Shown in pieces: positions 39,682 to 50,219 of a stretch of 64,000 nt of DNA. This DNA is from an uncultured delta proteobacterium (GTDB taxonomy: Bacteria > Desulfobacterota > Binatia > UBA9968), in contig CAVSHR010000005.1 of NCBI GenBank assembly GCA_963727625.1, forward strand, positions 1,024,001 through 1,088,000, written 5' to 3'. The position numbers and the translations under genes were made by a program. Below the pieces are notes generated by a model. It saw only the letters and a program-made list of their open reading frames with translations, was not told the DNA's origin and did not search any database. Position 1 is the first letter of the stretch; the number at the start of each line of letters is the position of its first letter.

Positions 39682-42348
39682 ATGAAAAGTCTGCGAAGAC
39701 TTCTATTGTTGATTCTAGTGAGCTTGGCGGTCGCGGTCGCTGGCTTGGTCGAGTCCTTCAATATTCTCGCGGCGCGGCACCGCGAGCAGGTGCGCCAGGA
39801 GCTGCAAAAAGTCCTTGGCCAAGACGTGAGCTTCGCGAGTCTGGAAGTCAATCTGGTTGGCCGCCCCGGCTTCGTGGCCAGGGAGTTTCGCATTGCCGAC
39901 GACTCGCGCTTCGCGGCCACCCCATTGCTGCGGGCGAGCGAGCTCGTTCTCGGCGTCAGCGTCTGGGAGCTGTTTTTCCGCCGCTTGGTCATCACGTCGT
40001 TCACTTTTAACGATCCCGAGTTTCAGATCATCACCGACGAGTCCGGGCAGCTGAATCTTACAGCGTTGATCAACCGCAAAACCGAGTTGCGGCGATTCCC
40101 CAGGTTACGGCGGGCGGCACCGGAGCTCAAGCCGCTTGCGGTGAGCTTCGCTGTCGACGAGATTCGCATCCAACGCGGCCGGGTCGACTATCTCGATCGC
40201 TCGGTCAAGGAGCCCGCCGAGCTGCGCATCAGGAACATTTCGTTAAGCGTGCACGGTTTCGCGCCCGGGGAAACCACCAAGGTTCGTATCCGCGCGGCGC
40301 TGACCGAGGGACTTAGCCAAGACGCAAGCATCGACGGGCAGCTCGCCCCGCCGCCCCAGAATCGTCCCTGGTTGCAGCGCGGCGTCGATTTGACCCTGCG
40401 ATTTGATTCGCTCCGCGTCCCGGTCGTCGCCCGCGCCATCGGCGCATTGCGGGACAAGATCCCGAGCGAACTCGACGTCACCGGGCCCATCGCGTTGCAA
40501 GCGAAGGCCGGCGGCACGCTGGAGCGGCCGCGCTTCGACGGCATCACGCTCAAAATCCCGCTGTTCGGCTCATCGGACTACAACGCGGTCATGACTGGCA
40601 GCGTGCAGTTCACCGAGCAGCGCACCTGGGAAAGCGCGCAGCTTAAAGGCCGGCTGGTCGTCCGACCGCTGGCGCTGGCGCGGCTGCGCAACTTGAAATT
40701 ATTGACGCGTCATTTGCCGCCCGCCCTGATCACCCGCGGCACGGTGAATATCGACAGCCGCTTTGAGGGAACCTGGAGGACTCTGCGCATCGGCGCGCTC
40801 GTGCGCGCCGACAAAGCTGAGCTCGGCTACAACACATGGTTTCGCAAACCGGCGGACTCCCCCGCAACGATTCGCGCCAGAATATCCCGGGTAAAACAAC
40901 GGCTGGAGTTTCATGAGTCGGAACTTGACCTTGGCGCAAACAAGCTGGGCTTTAGCGGCGCCGTCTATTTCAATTCCGCGCCGCGGCTGCTTTTGACGCT
41001 GCGCAGTCAAAACGCTTCTGTGCCGGCGTGGAACGAATTTATCACGACACCCCTATTGGCTGGCGCGGCCGGCAATTTCGATCTGAACGTGACCATCGGC
41101 AAAAATTTGCTCTCAAACGACGGCAACTGGAACATGGCCGGCCGGCTCAAGATTGATAACCTCGAGCTCAAGCACAGCGCCGGCGGGCGCAACGTAGAAA
41201 ACCTGTACTCCGAGGTTGCGTTCACCGGCAAGGGCGCGCGTCTCCACGCCATGCGTTTCCGAGTGGGCCATTCCAAATTTTTTATCGACGGGACCATTGC
41301 CAATCTCCTCGAACCCCGCTTGCTTTACCGCCTTCGTTCACCTGACCTCGATTTTGGAGATCTGCCCATCATCGGCGCCAGCGCGCCGGTCCGGCTCAAG
41401 AGCGTCAACGGCGTCGGAGAGATTTATCTTGACAATGACCGGTGGCGGCTAAACGGTTCGATCGCTTCGCCGCATGGCGAGTTGGGTACTTTTCCGTATC
41501 GCGAGCTGCGCGCCGATATTGATTTGTCCGCCAGTGGATTGGGGTTCAACAATGTTTCGGCGCGGACGCTGAACGGCGTGTTCCGTGCCGAGGGTTACTG
41601 GAGCGCGGCGACCGACCGTGCCCAGCGCTTGCAGTTTGCCGCGCAAGTCGACGGCGTCGAGCTATCCGCGCTAATGGGCCAACTTTTACCGCCGCTCAGG
41701 GATCGCTTTGAGGGCCAATTGACCGGCAAGGGGAGCTTCCACATAACCGGCGCGGATGACGCGGAAGCTAAAGATAGCTTGGCAGGATCCTTTGAGACCT
41801 CGATTCAGCGCGGCGTCATAAGAGACTTCAACCTGGTAAGCCAGCTCTTGCTCAGAGGCAGCGGCGCCGCCGTGACCGCCGCTTCGATATCGCGCCTGCC
41901 GCCCAGTTTTGCCGCTCTGGTCAAGCGGCGCAATACGCCCTTTGAATCCTTAAAGGCAAATTTCACGGTCGATCAAAAGCGTATCTTCACCGACAACCTT
42001 ATCATCACCACGCCGGATTACACCGTCACCGGCGCCGGCTCGATGGCTTTTGATCGCTCGACCAATTGGAACGGCGCCATTGTGCTCTCGCCGGGACTGA
42101 CCCAGGAAGTTCAGCGCGACTACCGTATGATCCGTTATCTGCTCGACCGGCGCAGCCGGCTGTCGATCGCCTTCCGCGTCGCGGGCAAGATTCCCAATGT
42201 GACGATTCGACTGGAGAATCGCGCCCTCGCCCAGCTCTTGCGCGGAGGCGCAGCGCCAAGAGGAGGCTCGGAAGGCGCTGGCGCCGAATCCGCCAAGGAA
42301 GGCAAGCGCTGGCTGCCCAATGCCCTCAAACGCTTCCTCAATCGTTAA
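39682..42348 (+). CDS. AsmA family protein
   Basis: N-terminal anchor, long beta-rich repeats, C-terminal TPFESLKANF...GAGSM AsmA-like region. Confidence 0.8.
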   Translation: MKSLRRLLLLILVSLAVAVAGLVESFNILAARHREQVRQELQKVLGQDVSFASLEVNLVGRPGFVAREFRIADDSRFAATPLLRASELVLGVSVWELFFRRLVITSFTFNDPEFQIITDESGQLNLTALINRKTELRRFPRLRRAAPELKPLAVSFAVDEIRIQRGRVDYLDRSVKEPAELRIRNISLSVHGFAPGETTKVRIRAALTEGLSQDASIDGQLAPPPQNRPWLQRGVDLTLRFDSLRVPVVARAIGALRDKIPSELDVTGPIALQAKAGGTLERPRFDGITLKIPLFGSSDYNAVMTGSVQFTEQRTWESAQLKGRLVVRPLALARLRNLKLLTRHLPPALITRGTVNIDSRFEGTWRTLRIGALVRADKAELGYNTWFRKPADSPATIRARISRVKQRLEFHESELDLGANKLGFSGAVYFNSAPRLLLTLRSQNASVPAWNEFITTPLLAGAAGNFDLNVTIGKNLLSNDGNWNMAGRLKIDNLELKHSAGGRNVENLYSEVAFTGKGARLHAMRFRVGHSKFFIDGTIANLLEPRLLYRLRSPDLDFGDLPIIGASAPVRLKSVNGVGEIYLDNDRWRLNGSIASPHGELGTFPYRELRADIDLSASGLGFNNVSARTLNGVFRAEGYWSAATDRAQRLQFAAQVDGVELSALMGQLLPPLRDRFEGQLTGKGSFHITGADDAEAKDSLAGSFETSIQRGVIRDFNLVSQLLLRGSGAAVTAASISRLPPSFAALVKRRNTPFESLKANFTVDQKRIFTDNLIITTPDYTVTGAGSMAFDRSTNWNGAIVLSPGLTQEVQRDYRMIRYLLDRRSRLSIAFRVAGKIPNVTIRLENRALAQLLRGGAAPRGGSEGAGAESAKEGKRWLPNALKRFLNR

Positions 42349-42364
42349 AGGAGGCCCATGACCA

Positions 42365-42640
42365 TTGCATGACATTTATTTGGAGCTGTCACCGGCCCAT
42401 ATCGCCTACGTGAAATTCATCTTCGAATCCTACGAGGAGGTCGGCATTATTCGCACTGTGGATCGCGAAAGAGCCGTCGTTGTGCTGCTGGCGATGACCG
42501 ACTTCTTGACCGTCGCGCGCGCCATTTTGGCATCGATCAAGAACGATGTGCCGCTACGGGAGATTCCACGTCCCGCCGATAGGACGGACGACTGGCTCAT
42601 GGCCGAGCTCTACTCCGCGACAACTGCGGAGCGGCAGTAG
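42365..42640 (+). CDS. DUF4911 family small protein
   Basis: IAYVKFIFESYEEVGIIRTVD. The RBS plus ATG at 42358 is one base out of frame (possible indel). Confidence 0.75.
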   Translation: MHDIYLELSPAHIAYVKFIFESYEEVGIIRTVDRERAVVVLLAMTDFLTVARAILASIKNDVPLREIPRPADRTDDWLMAELYSATTAERQ

Positions 42641-42746
42641 TGGGCCGTGCCGTCCCGAAAAAAAGGCAATGATCCGTTCGAGCACAGGCCGGGCTGAGCG
42701 CGGCCCATGGCAAAGCCGGATGTTCGGATAGCAGCGCGACAAGACG

Positions 42747-44924
42747 ATGACACCGCAACCTATCGGGGATACGATTTCGACGGCGACCGCCCCCAAAAAA
42801 ATTCTAGCGCTCTTTGCAAAGAATCCCCGCTCACGGCTGACGCCGGCCGAGATCCATCGGCGCGCCGGCTTCGCCGGCCCTGAGCTCCAGCTGGTGATCG
42901 ATACCCTGCGCGGCCTATGCCGCGAAGGCCGTCTGACCCGCTTAAAGAAAAACCACTACGCCCTGCCCGACCGGCAAAATCTTGTGACCGGGCGAGTCCA
43001 CGCTCATCCCGACGGCTACGGCTTTTTGATCCCCGAAAACCGCGACGCCGAAGATTTGTATCTAAACCGCCGCGAGATGCGCCGAGTCATGCACGGAGAC
43101 AAAGTGATGGTGCGCGTCGATCGCAAGGCGCGCGGCGGCGCCGAAACCCATATCATGCAAGTTTTGGAACGCGGCCAGAAGCGTCTGCTCGGGACCTATA
43201 ACAGGATCGACCGCCAGGCTTATTTGATTCCGATGGATGCGCGAGTTGGCGCCATTCGCCTCGATCCGGCCGGACCGAAACCCGAAGAAGGCAAAGTCAT
43301 CGCCGCCGAAATCACCCGTTTCGGCACTGCGATGACAGCGCCGCAAGCCGAGATCGTTAAAGTCATGGGTGATCCGGACGATCCCGAAGTGCAGACCCAA
43401 TCCATCGTCTTTCGCTACGGCCTGTCGACCAGCTTTCCTCCCGAGGTTTACCGCGCGGCCAGTGAAATGGCTTACGCCATCGCGCCGGCGGAGATTGCCG
43501 CCCGCACCGACCTACGCGATTTGCCGATCATCACCATCGACGGTGAAAACGCGCGCGATTTCGACGATGCCGTTTACGTGCGCCGATGGAATCAAGGCTA
43601 CGAGCTCTTGGTCTCCATCGCCGACGTTGCCGCCTACGTCGCGCCCGGCAGCGCCATCGACCAGGAAGCCTACGTCCGCGGCACCAGCGTGTATTTTCCC
43701 GACCGCGCCATACCGATGCTTCCCGAGGCGCTCTCCAACGGCATCTGCAGCTTGAATCCGAATGAAGACCGCCTGACTAAAACGGCGGCCGTAGAATTCA
43801 ATGCCAACGGGGAAGTTGTCCGAAGCCGTTTTTTCAATTCGGTCATCCGCAGCCATGAACGCATGACCTACACCGATGTGCGGCGCGTTTTAGTCGATCG
43901 CGATCCCGACGCGCTCGAGCGCTATCGCGGTCAGGCCGATGAGTTCCGGCTCATGGAAGAGCTCGCGCGATTGATTTACGGGAAACGCAAAGCCCGCGGC
44001 AATCTCGATTTCGATTTACCCGAAGCGGAAATCATACTCGACTTGCAGGGTGCGCCGGAAAACATCGTGCGCGCCGAGCGCAACATCGCCCATCGGATCA
44101 TCGAAGAGTTCATGATCGCCGCCAACGAGGCGGTGGCGCGCCATTTGAGAGAATTGAAATTGCCCCTGCTCTATCGCGTGCACGAAGGTCCCGATCGGGA
44201 CGCGCTGGAAGCGATCGCGCCATTTCTCCTCTCCCTCGGCTACCCTTTGCCGCTCAAGAAAGACAAGATCGCGCCGCTGGAAGTTCAAACTCTGCTCGAA
44301 GCGGCGCGCGGCAAGCCCGAAGAGCGCGTGCTCAACCGAGTGCTCTTGCGCTCGATGAAACAGGCGGTCTATCAACCGGAAAACATCGGCCACTTCGGCT
44401 TGGCGTCGAGTTGCTACACTCACTTCACCTCGCCGATCCGCCGTTACCCCGACCTGATCGTGCACCGCATGCTGGACAAGGCGATCGGCGGAGAAAAATT
44501 AAAAGCCAGCGAGCGCGAGGATCTCAACGCCTACCTGGTCGAAGCCGGCAAACGCACTTCCGAACGCGAGCGCAAAGCCATGGACGCCGAACGGGAAATG
44601 GTCAATCTTAAAAAAGCTCAGTTCATGATCAACAAAATCGGCGAAGAATTCACCGGCTTTATCAACAGCCTGGCCAATTTCGGTTTTTTCATCGAATTGG
44701 ACGATTACTTCATCGAGGGTCTGGTGCGTTTGTCTTCGCTTGCCGACGACGACTACGACTATTACGAAAAGGAATACGTCATCAAAGGCCGCCGCCACGG
44801 TAAGAAGTTTCGCTTGGGCGATAATGTGCGAGTGAAAGTCGTGCGCATCAATGCGTTTCGCAGCGAGATCGATTTTGAGCTCGTCGCCGAGTCCACGCAG
44901 GTCCGGCAATCCGATCGAAGTTGA
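42747..44924 (+). CDS. rnr: Ribonuclease R
   Basis: HPDGYGF, TIDGENARDFDDA, IEEFMIAAN, HFTSPIRRYPD, C-terminal S1 domain. Confidence 0.96.
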   Translation: MTPQPIGDTISTATAPKKILALFAKNPRSRLTPAEIHRRAGFAGPELQLVIDTLRGLCREGRLTRLKKNHYALPDRQNLVTGRVHAHPDGYGFLIPENRDAEDLYLNRREMRRVMHGDKVMVRVDRKARGGAETHIMQVLERGQKRLLGTYNRIDRQAYLIPMDARVGAIRLDPAGPKPEEGKVIAAEITRFGTAMTAPQAEIVKVMGDPDDPEVQTQSIVFRYGLSTSFPPEVYRAASEMAYAIAPAEIAARTDLRDLPIITIDGENARDFDDAVYVRRWNQGYELLVSIADVAAYVAPGSAIDQEAYVRGTSVYFPDRAIPMLPEALSNGICSLNPNEDRLTKTAAVEFNANGEVVRSRFFNSVIRSHERMTYTDVRRVLVDRDPDALERYRGQADEFRLMEELARLIYGKRKARGNLDFDLPEAEIILDLQGAPENIVRAERNIAHRIIEEFMIAANEAVARHLRELKLPLLYRVHEGPDRDALEAIAPFLLSLGYPLPLKKDKIAPLEVQTLLEAARGKPEERVLNRVLLRSMKQAVYQPENIGHFGLASSCYTHFTSPIRRYPDLIVHRMLDKAIGGEKLKASEREDLNAYLVEAGKRTSERERKAMDAEREMVNLKKAQFMINKIGEEFTGFINSLANFGFFIELDDYFIEGLVRLSSLADDDYDYYEKEYVIKGRRHGKKFRLGDNVRVKVVRINAFRSEIDFELVAESTQVRQSDRS

Positions 44925-45079
44925 CAAACCGGTGACATCTCGGCTATCGTCCGGCCAAAATCAGGTACGCTTGAATAATTCTTGAGTGCGCGATGGCTAA
45001 GCGCCTGAAGCGCTTGCGACCACTTCGAACCGGGAGGATTTTTATGGCGATTAGAACGTCAATGCGGAAGAGTTTTTCA

Positions 45080-45236
45080 CTCGCCGGCCAACGTGACGAG
45101 TATCTCGTCTAAGCGCTGCGCGATTACAAAAACAACACCCGCCGCGGCTACAACGCCGCGATGGCCGACGTGTTTTTCTCAGTCACCGACGAGCAGATCC
45201 TGGATCTCGCTTATTTTCTGTCGCGACTTCGCTGAC
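45080..45236 (+). pseudogene. C-terminal remnant of a cytochrome c4/c553
   Basis: LAGQRDEYLV*ALRDYKNNTRRGYNAAMADV...QILDLAYFLSRLR*. Confidence 0.65.
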
Positions 45237-45330
45237 GGTGCCGCAACGCCGCGGCTGAAGGGAAACGCAGATCAGACAACCGAATCACCGATATCAAAAG
45301 TAAAGACCTGACCAGGGGCCGGACCGCTTC

Positions 45331-45370
45331 GGACTATCTCAGAAGGCTAGAACTGATCAACTCCAGACCC
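45331..45370. mobile_element. Isolated RAYT-element end without a transposase gene
   Basis: ggactatctcagaaggctagaactgatcaactccagaccc is nearly identical to 49896-49940. Confidence 0.8.
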
Positions 45371-45664
45371 TAATTCTTGATTCTGCTTGACGAATCCTTG
45401 TCAAGAGATGAAACCAGGGTCATGCCGGGACATTTAGGGCAGGCTTCTCTTCCGCCAAAGTCAACGACGAGCACGAGAAGACCAAAAAGTGTTGACCATC
45501 CTTTGCGTCGAGTGTAATTTACACCCGGAAAAAATGGTCTTCGCCGCTCCGTGGCCCTTAGTCAGCTTGGTAACAGCAGGCGATAGCACCTTCACGATCG
45601 GATGATTCTTTCACGGCTATGGGGGTCAATAGCCATGAACGCGTCAGAGAAATGGTGGTGACCA

Positions 45665-47074
45665 ATGATTTTTAAAAAATTACACCGCTTCACAAGCCCG
45701 ACGCGATCGATGCTTCGGGTATTTGCACTAGGCATCGCTATTGGCGCAATCCCCTTTTTTGTTAAACCAAGTACGTCAAGCCCGCCGATACTTCCCGACA
45801 ACACACCTTTTTTTAATTCCAGCGGTTTTGCCGTTACGCTCAACACCAATGGTCCCATCGATTTATCAAATGATTTTTTTCAAACTCTTGGAACCAATGG
45901 CCGGAGCTGCTCCACCTGCCATAGGATCCAGGCGGGATGGACAATCACACCGGAAGATGTCCAGGCTCGGTTCGAAGCTACCGGAGGAGCAGATCCTATC
46001 TTCCGCTTGAACGACGGCTCGAACTCTCCCAACGCCGATGTGTCTACGATCAGCGCGCGCCGGCAGGCTTATAGCATGCTTCTCAGCAAAGGACTGATTC
46101 GCGTCGGGATCGGCATTCCTGAGAACGCAGAGTTTGAGCTAGCGGCGGTGGATGATCCATATCAATTCGCGAGCGCCACCGAGCTGTCGTTGTTCCGGCG
46201 TCCCCTGCCCTCTACGAATTTAAGATTTTTGAGTACTGTTATGTGGGATGGACGCGAGACCTTTACGGACAAGACGATCCACTTTGATCTGCGGAGCCAG
46301 GCCGACCATGCCAATCAAGGCCATGCTCAAGATCCGAATCCGCTGACGGATGCGCAGCAAGAGAGCATCGTGAACTTTGAGACAGCGCTTTTTACCGCTC
46401 AAGCGTATGATAATAATGCCAAATCCTTGATTGCTGTCGGAGCTCAAGGTGGACCCAGGCAATTGTCTTCCCAGGATTTCTATATCGGCATCAATGATCT
46501 TTTTGGCGATAGCGTGACGCAAGAGCCTTTTTCTCCGATCGTTTTTACTCTTTACGACGCCTGGAAGGACTTGGCAGGCGGCATCAGTAATGCGAGGGCG
46601 GCGGTTGCTCGCGGTCAGGAATTATTTAATACCAAATTGATCAAAATCACCGATGTGTCAGGCATTAATGACGAGGCGGCATTCGGCAATCCTGCCGTGG
46701 TCAACGGAACTTGCACGACGTGTCACAACAGTCCTAATGCAGGAGATCATTCTGTTGCCGCGCCGCTCAACATCGGCATCGCGGATGCCGGTCGGCGGAC
46801 ACCTGATATGCCTCTTTATACTTTACGAAACAAGGCTACCGGGGAGACGATCCAGACGACGGACCCCGGACGAGCGTTAATCACCGGAAAATGGAAAGAC
46901 ATCGGCCGCTTTAAAGGTCCTATTCTCCGAGGACTCGCCGCGCGAGCTCCCTATTTTCATGACGGATCGGCAAAGGACCTTGAGAAGGTTATCGATTTTT
47001 ACGATCAACGTTTCGGTATAGGCTTTACCGAGCAAGAAAAGAGTGACTTGATAGCCTTCTTGCGAACGTTGTAA
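45665..47074 (+). CDS. Exported diheme cytochrome c (cytochrome c peroxidase/MauG superfamily)
   Basis: CSTCH, CTTCH, MWDGRE, DPGRALITG, FKGPILRGLAARAPYFHDGS. Confidence 0.88.
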   Translation: MIFKKLHRFTSPTRSMLRVFALGIAIGAIPFFVKPSTSSPPILPDNTPFFNSSGFAVTLNTNGPIDLSNDFFQTLGTNGRSCSTCHRIQAGWTITPEDVQARFEATGGADPIFRLNDGSNSPNADVSTISARRQAYSMLLSKGLIRVGIGIPENAEFELAAVDDPYQFASATELSLFRRPLPSTNLRFLSTVMWDGRETFTDKTIHFDLRSQADHANQGHAQDPNPLTDAQQESIVNFETALFTAQAYDNNAKSLIAVGAQGGPRQLSSQDFYIGINDLFGDSVTQEPFSPIVFTLYDAWKDLAGGISNARAAVARGQELFNTKLIKITDVSGINDEAAFGNPAVVNGTCTTCHNSPNAGDHSVAAPLNIGIADAGRRTPDMPLYTLRNKATGETIQTTDPGRALITGKWKDIGRFKGPILRGLAARAPYFHDGSAKDLEKVIDFYDQRFGIGFTEQEKSDLIAFLRTL

Positions 47075-47114
47075 GCGGATCGAGGGGTGGCTAAGGGGTC
47101 AAGTATGGAGTTAG

Positions 47115-48936
47115 GATTCTGCTGAAAAACCCTCTTGTAAATTGTTTTTGACTAGCGAAGAAACGAATCATCGTTGAAAAAGTGAGTGGCAGTCTTTAAT
47201 TTGCATACATGAGCGTACAACGCATGGATTCACAGCGGAGTTTTTATCACACGAGTTTTGTTTGCGGCGAGCTGTTCGGTGCGGCCGACCGATACCGGCT
47301 GTTTCGGGAAAAGATATTTCCTCAGCTCTTAGCGCTTCGAGTGGCAGTTAGAAACGCTTTACTGCGAGAACAATGGTCGGCCGGCGATCGATCCGGTGCT
47401 TTTGTGCGGGGTGACGTTACTGCAATTCATGGAGAAAGTGGCGGATCGAAAAGCAGCCGAGCAAGTGGTCTATCATCTGGGCTGGAAGTACGCCTTGGAC
47501 TTGGAGCTACCCTACGAAGGCTTTCATCCGACAGTGCTGGTTTATTTTAGGGATAGGTTGGAGGAGAAAAAGGCTGCCCGGGTGGTGTTCGACGGGATTG
47601 TAGATTTATTGATCGAACTGGGACTGATCAAGCGGGCGGGCAAGCAGCGCATCGATAGCACCCATATCTTAGGCTACGTCAAAGAGATGAGCCGATTGGA
47701 ATGCGCGGCAGAGACGATACGCTTGGCGTTGGAGGAGTTGGCCGGAGTGGTTGCCAGCAAGCGGCCAGTGTTCTGGGAGAGGCTATGGTCGCTGTACGTT
47801 CAGAGCGAAGTGGGATGGCGGTTGAGCAAAGCCGAGCGCCAAAGCCGTTACCGCCAATGCGGCCAAGACATCATGGAGCTATTGGAGTGGATCGACAACC
47901 AGGATGGCAAGCTTGGTGAGATTGAATCGGTGAAACTATTGCGCCGGGTGTTTGAGGAACAGTTCGAGGTCATCGAGGGCGCCATCCAAACGCGCCGCAC
48001 CCGGCCGTCACGATCGGTGCAGAATCCCCATGATCCTGGTGCCCATTACGCCGACAAGGGGACCAAGCAGTGGACTGGCTACAAAGTCCACGTGGTGGAG
48101 AGCGTCGATCCAGAACAGCCAGCCAAAGTCAAAGCCGAGCCCGGCGAGCATTTTATTACCGAGATTTTAACCACCGAGGCGGCCGAGAACGAAAAGACCG
48201 GTTTGGCCGAAGCGCTCAAACGGCAACAACACCACCACGAGATCAAACCCCAGGCGATCTACGCCGACGCAGGTTATGTGACCGAGAGCACTTTGTCGCA
48301 AGCCGAAGGCAACGCGATGGAACTTCTCGGGCCGACCCGTCCCGATCCCCACAAAGGACCGTATAATGCCGACGGGTTTGTTGTCGATGTGGAGAACCAG
48401 CGGGCGGTGTGTCCCCAGGGAAAGACCAGCACTCAATGCAGCCACATCAAGGATAGCTACATGGGCAGCGAGTACTACCGTCTGGAGTGGGGTAGCCAAT
48501 GCGACGGCTGTCTTGTGCAAAAACAATGCACTCGCGCCAAGAGCGGACGCAGAATCCTGGTAGTTGGCTTACGCCACGATCTGGTCGAGAGGCGGCGCAA
48601 GGAAATGAAACAGGCGGAGTACTCCGTAACCATGCATCCCAGAAACGGGATCGAGGGAACCCATAGCGAGTTGGTGCGAGGCCATGGGCTGCGACGAACT
48701 AAATATCGGGGTTTCAACCGAGTCACCCTGTCGCATTACTTCATGGGTGCGGCCTGCAACGTGAAACGATATTTAAGACGGCTGGCATTCCAGATCGAAT
48801 TGGCCACTCTCACCCCGGCGTAAGAGCAAAGAATGAGGGTTTTTCACACCTACGGCACGCAGCGATCAAAATTATCACTGGCACAACTACAGCCACCGAT
48901 CAATCACTTTTTACAATGGGGTTTTTCAGCAGAATC
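47115..48936 (+). mobile_element. IS1182-family insertion sequence with 26-bp TIRs and 7-bp target duplication
   Basis: TIRs gattctgctgaaaaaccctcttgtaa / ttacaatggggtttttcagcagaatc; GAGTTAG at 47108-47114 and 48937-48943. Confidence 0.9.
47209..48823 (+). pseudogene. IS1182-family DDE transposase, frameshifted near 47340
   Basis: MSVQRMDSQ...LALR then a frame change to QLETLYCENNGRPAIDP; IDSTH, GYKVH, YADAGY, CP.G, RNGIEGT. Confidence 0.85.
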
Positions 48937-48939
48937 GAG

Positions 48940-49887
48940 TTAGCTAATCCTCACCACCATCTTTTCAATCCGATCTCTGAGTTTTTTGTCCTTGGCCATC
49001 TGAGATTCTATCGCACGGCAATTCCAACTCACCGTCGAATAATTTCCGATTCCAAAGTATTCCGCCATCTCAGGCAACGTCCGATCACAACAGCGCTTCA
49101 CCAAGTACAACGCCACTTTCCGCGCCTCGTTCTCCCGGCCCCTTATTCCGCGAAAGATCTCCTCCCGCGCTACCTTGTACTGACGCACAACTTCGTTGAT
49201 CACACGCTCCGGTCCCATTTCGACGACCCGCCGCTCATAGCGGGGATGTTCCCGTGCGGTCGGCGCGCCTAAAACTCTGAGCCGCTCGATGAACGCTTCA
49301 CTGCCGAGGATCGGACTCCGACGCTGCGATTCATAATACTGCTTAAGCGACTCCTCGTTTCCCGATAGCACAAACTCGTGAAACGGCTGTCGCCCTCCAA
49401 GCTGTTCCAAGGCCGGGGTGGTATCGAGCCAGCCCGGCGCTCCTCTGGCCTGAACATAATACCGGTGGCTCGCCCACGGATAATCCTCGGGCATCTTGAC
49501 CCATCCGGCCTCTACCGCGTTTAAATGAATATAACGGACCACCGCTGCCAGATACTCATCAGCATCGATAAGAATCGCCTTATATCGGCCGCGGAACAGC
49601 GTCCCGTCGCGCCGGTGGCGGCGGTTGAATCGCTGGGTATAGATGCCGTTCAAGTGGCGCATGACTCGGGATAGATTCCCTCTCGGGGTTCTCACACAGA
49701 GGTGATAATGGTTTCCCATCAGGGAATAGGCAAAGACTTCGATGTCCCACAGCCGATGGGCTTCGGCCAGGGTGTCGAGAAAGGCTTGATTGTCGGCCTC
49801 GTCGACAAACGTGGGCTGTCTTGCCCGACCCCGGTTCATGACGTGGTACACCGCTTGGGGATACTGAATTCTTAGCGGTCGCGACAT
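48940..49887 (-). CDS. REP-associated tyrosine transposase (Y1 HUH) with C-terminal DnaA-C-like HTH
   Basis: MSRPLRI..YHVMNRG, LMGNHYHL, FRGRYKA, RYIHLN, YPWASH, ARKVALYL. Confidence 0.93.
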   Translation of the reverse strand: MSRPLRIQYPQAVYHVMNRGRARQPTFVDEADNQAFLDTLAEAHRLWDIEVFAYSLMGNHYHLCVRTPRGNLSRVMRHLNGIYTQRFNRRHRRDGTLFRGRYKAILIDADEYLAAVVRYIHLNAVEAGWVKMPEDYPWASHRYYVQARGAPGWLDTTPALEQLGGRQPFHEFVLSGNEESLKQYYESQRRSPILGSEAFIERLRVLGAPTAREHPRYERRVVEMGPERVINEVVRQYKVAREEIFRGIRGRENEARKVALYLVKRCCDRTLPEMAEYFGIGNYSTVSWNCRAIESQMAKDKKLRDRIEKMVVRIS

Positions 49888-49940
49888 GCGCTTAGGACTA
49901 TCTCAGAAGGCTAGAACTAGTCAACTCCAGATTTGAACCC

Positions 49941-50136
49941 TCAATTCCGCTGCAAGCTCGGGTTGAAGGGTAACTATCCCGATGATGATGGAGAAAATAC
50001 CGAAGAACCTGCTGAAAAAACTGCCCTTCTTTTTCTTATGCCGATGGAAATACCCGTCGGGGTCAATGTAGTTCTGGGGATTGTTGACGACGTAGCTGTA
50101 GCGGTTGAGATTCTGCGGATCGTACGGCGTTTGGAC
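49941..50136 (-). pseudogene. Third RHS cassette remnant truncated at the RAYT1 end
   Basis: VQTPYDPQNLNRYSYVVNNPQNYIDPDGYFHRHKKKKGSFFSRFFGIFSIIIGIVTLQPELAA, then the RAYT end. Confidence 0.85.
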
Positions 50137-50219
50137 ATGAAGGTTTCGGTTAGGTGGGAGACGACGACAAGTTAGGCAACTTGGGCAAGTCCGGCACCTG
50201 CGTGCTTCGTATTTGCTGG

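Larger units (their letters stand above)
47095..49940 (-). mobile_element. RAYT element 1 (ends GGGGTCAAGTATGGAGTT ... AACTCCAGATTTGAACCC), interrupted by an IS
   Basis: Left end at 47095 is identical to 52264; the sequence resumes after the IS at 48937; right end about 49923-49940. Confidence 0.8.

Noticed and set aside
44925-45330. tRNA or tmRNA integration site after rnr
   Set aside because: No cloverleaf or T-loop/CCA pattern recognised; the region holds a promoter-like sequence and a cytochrome remnant.
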